Part shown: piece after piece, positions 58,507 through 60,379 of the stretch
Layout of the letters: each line of letters starts with the position of its first letter
How positions within the stretch are numbered: position 1 is the first letter of the stretch
Origin: Candidatus Omnitrophota bacterium
GTDB lineage: Bacteria; Omnitrophota; Gorgyraeia; JAHJTE01
Direction of reading: 5' to 3'
Assembly (NCBI GenBank): GCA_040753675.1
Contig: JBFMEB010000010.1
Span: forward strand, 1-60,379
Length of the DNA: 60,379 bases
Translations under genes and position numbers: made by a program
The notes under the pieces: model-generated
Told to the model about the DNA's origin: nothing
The model's input: only the letters and a program-made list of their open reading frames with translations
The model's database searches: none

Positions 58507-59273
58507 TGAATAAACTATTTGATAAATTTTCCCTGGTTTTGAATTATATTGGGGGATTAGCCGAGTTAGCCTGCCAAACCATAGTCTATAGCTTAACCCC
58601 GCCTTTCAATGTACGGCGTTTTTCTTATCAGTCCAAGCGTATCGGTATTGACAGCTTGCCCATAGTTTCAATAGTAGCATTATTCACAGGGATGATTCTT
58701 GCTTTTCAGACTACATATCTTCTAAAGAAACTGTCTTCCGAGATATATATAGCAAATATTGTTGCATTGTCTTTGGTGCGCGAATTAGGTCCGGTATTTA
58801 CTGCCTTGGTAGTGGCAGGAAGGGTTGGTGCGTCAATTACTGCTGAGATTGGCACTATGACAGTAACCGAACAGGTTGATGCCTTAAGGACTTTGGCAGC
58901 TAATCCGGTTAGATATTTAGTTGTTCCGCGTTTTTCTGGCATGTTTTTTATGCTGCCGCTTTTAGCAGTCTACACTGATTTTATCGGAATCTTAGGCGGA
59001 TATCTTATATGTGTTTACCGGCTTGGCGTGGGCTCTTCTATGTATGTCCAGATGACTTTTGAATCTTTGGTAATAAAGGATTTATTTAGCGGGCTTTTAA
59101 AAAGCGCAATTTTTGGAATAATCATTGCCTTGATAAGTTGCTATGAGGGTCTGCGTACTTCTGGCGGAGCAGAAGGAGTAGGCAGGGCAACCACAATAAG
59201 CGTGGTTACTTCTTTCATTTTAATAATTGCTTCTGACTGTGTCCTCACTGCTTTGTTTTATTTTATTTTCTAA
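58506..59273 (+). CDS. mlaE: MlaE-family ABC permease (phospholipid/outer-membrane lipid asymmetry)
   Basis: VRELGPVFTALVVAGRVGASITAEIGTMTVTEQVDAL signature. TAATG overlap with the clpC stop. Confidence 0.85.
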   Translation: MNKLFDKFSLVLNYIGGLAELACQTIVYSLTPPFNVRRFSYQSKRIGIDSLPIVSIVALFTGMILAFQTTYLLKKLSSEIYIANIVALSLVRELGPVFTALVVAGRVGASITAEIGTMTVTEQVDALRTLAANPVRYLVVPRFSGMFFMLPLLAVYTDFIGILGGYLICVYRLGVGSSMYVQMTFESLVIKDLFSGLLKSAIFGIIIALISCYEGLRTSGGAEGVGRATTISVVTSFILIIASDCVLTALFYFIF

Positions 59274-59280
59274 ATAAAAT

Positions 59281-59345
59281 GATTACAGAGATTTTAAAAA
59301 CTGATTACAGAGATTTATATAAAAAGCTTTTAATCTGTGTAATCA
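59281..59345. repeat. GATTACAGAGAT-word element between mlaE and mlaF
   Basis: gattacagagattt x2 followed by the inverted aatctgtgtaatc. Confidence 0.7.
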
Positions 59346-59362
59346 ATTTTACGAAGTAAAAT

Positions 59363-60145
59363 ATGATAGAAATAAATAATGCCTATAAATCATTCCGGGC
59401 CAATAAAGTTTTGGACGGCCTAAACCTGGTTATAAAAACAGGTGAGACCAAGGTTATTATCGGTCGTTCTGGTTGCGGCAAAAGTGTTTTATTAAAACAT
59501 ATAGTCGGCATCTTAAAGCCGGATAAAGGCAGCGTCCTTATTGACGGATTAGACATCACAAATTTAAGAGATAAAGAAATGAACCTTTTTCGCTTGCGGA
59601 TGAAAATAGGCATGGTCTTCCAAGGCGGCGCCCTATTCGATTCGCTAACCGTTGCTGAAAATGTAGCCTTTGTTTTAAACGAATATACTGACCTTAAGAA
59701 ATCAACTATTGCCAAGAAGGTTAGCGATGCTTTAAGCATGGTGGGGCTAAAGAATATAGAGCATCTTATGCCTTCAGATTTGAGCGGCGGTATGAGAAAA
59801 AGAGTTGCCTTAGCCAGGGCAATATGCATGAATCCTAAAATAATACTTTATGATGAACCAACTACAGGAGTTGACCCTATCACTGCTGATGCAATAAATG
59901 AGTTGATAATAGAGTTGCACGATAAATTAGAAGTTACCAGCGTCGTAGTTACCCATGATATGAACAGTGCTTACAAGGTAGCAGATAGAATTGCCATGCT
60001 TTATAACGGAAAAATAATCCAGATGGGTACGCCCGACGAAATTAAAAATACTACAAATCCATTTGTGAAGCAGTTTATTACCGGTGCCGCAGCTGGCGCA
60101 ATAACCGATGCTGAGAATTTGGTTTTTGGCCACGTAACGGAGTAA
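59363..60145 (+). CDS. mlaF: MlaF-family ABC ATP-binding protein
   Basis: GRSGCGKS, LSGGMRKRVALARA and ILYDEPTTGVDP motifs. Confidence 0.85.
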   Translation: MIEINNAYKSFRANKVLDGLNLVIKTGETKVIIGRSGCGKSVLLKHIVGILKPDKGSVLIDGLDITNLRDKEMNLFRLRMKIGMVFQGGALFDSLTVAENVAFVLNEYTDLKKSTIAKKVSDALSMVGLKNIEHLMPSDLSGGMRKRVALARAICMNPKIILYDEPTTGVDPITADAINELIIELHDKLEVTSVVVTHDMNSAYKVADRIAMLYNGKIIQMGTPDEIKNTTNPFVKQFITGAAAGAITDAENLVFGHVTE

Positions 60146-60169
60146 TACTATTTTTAAGAATTTGTTTTT

Positions 60170-60333
60170 GAATTTCCAAATTACAAGCTCCAAATCACAA
60201 ACAATAAACAATTACCAAATTCTAATGACCGAAACATTCTAATTTTAAGCTGAGAGGTATGAGTTTTGGTCATTTGGTAATTGAAAATTGGGATTTGTTT
60301 GGAATTTGGGATTTGTATATTGGAATTTGTTTG
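60170..60333. repeat. CCAAAT-word inverted-repeat element, copy 2 (longer central loop)
   Basis: The 31-nt left-arm core ccaaattacaagctccaaatcacaaacaata is identical to copy 1. The right arm differs at only a few positions. The centre holds about 25 extra nt. Confidence 0.8.
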
Positions 60334-60379
60334 TAAGGCAGATATTAAGGAAGAAAATATAACTTTTAAAAATATCTTA

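Overview
Low-GC (roughly 35-40% by eye) bacterial chromosomal segment. Every supportable gene (about 60 CDS and 3 tRNAs) lies on the + strand; the minus-strand ORFs in the track look like antisense shadows. The content is mostly housekeeping. It starts with a tRNA islet (Lys, Leu, Gly) carrying two LAGLIDADG-type genes. Then come a sugar-permease-less PTS module (ptsN-yvcK-ptsH-ptsI), metK-ahcY, pfkA-fba, ilvD-ilvB-ilvN-ilvC-leuA, aroE/aroC/aroK, pilD, dprA-topA and xerC. A large lipid A/Kdo/LPS-core cluster follows: waaA, lpxK, an lpxL fusion, GT4/GT9 transferases, a heptose kinase, kdsB/A/D/C, lptC/A-like and lptB. The window ends with tig, a RelE-type TA pair, clpP, lysS, lolCE/lolD, ilvE, mcsA-mcsB-clpC and mlaE/mlaF. 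LPS genes together with an McsAB-ClpC module suggest an uncultivated low-GC diderm, but that is inference only. The most unusual features I can support directly are four. (1) A tRNA whose anticodon loop is split by a roughly 267-nt group I intron with a complete P1-P10 fold; the spliced product reads as tRNA-Lys(UUU), and free-standing LAGLIDADG genes sit nearby. (2) A pervasive system of intergenic imperfect long palindromes. Each is built from a short word repeated directly and then as its reverse complement. Some words are dispersed families (CACAGAT, AAAATCAAA, CCAAAT) and several wedge into otherwise tightly coupled operons. (3) Domain fusions and insertions in the LPS cluster, a PPIase-less trigger factor, and a frameshifted lolC/E. 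No CRISPR array, rRNA, transposase or recognisable defence operon was seen apart from the TA pair.
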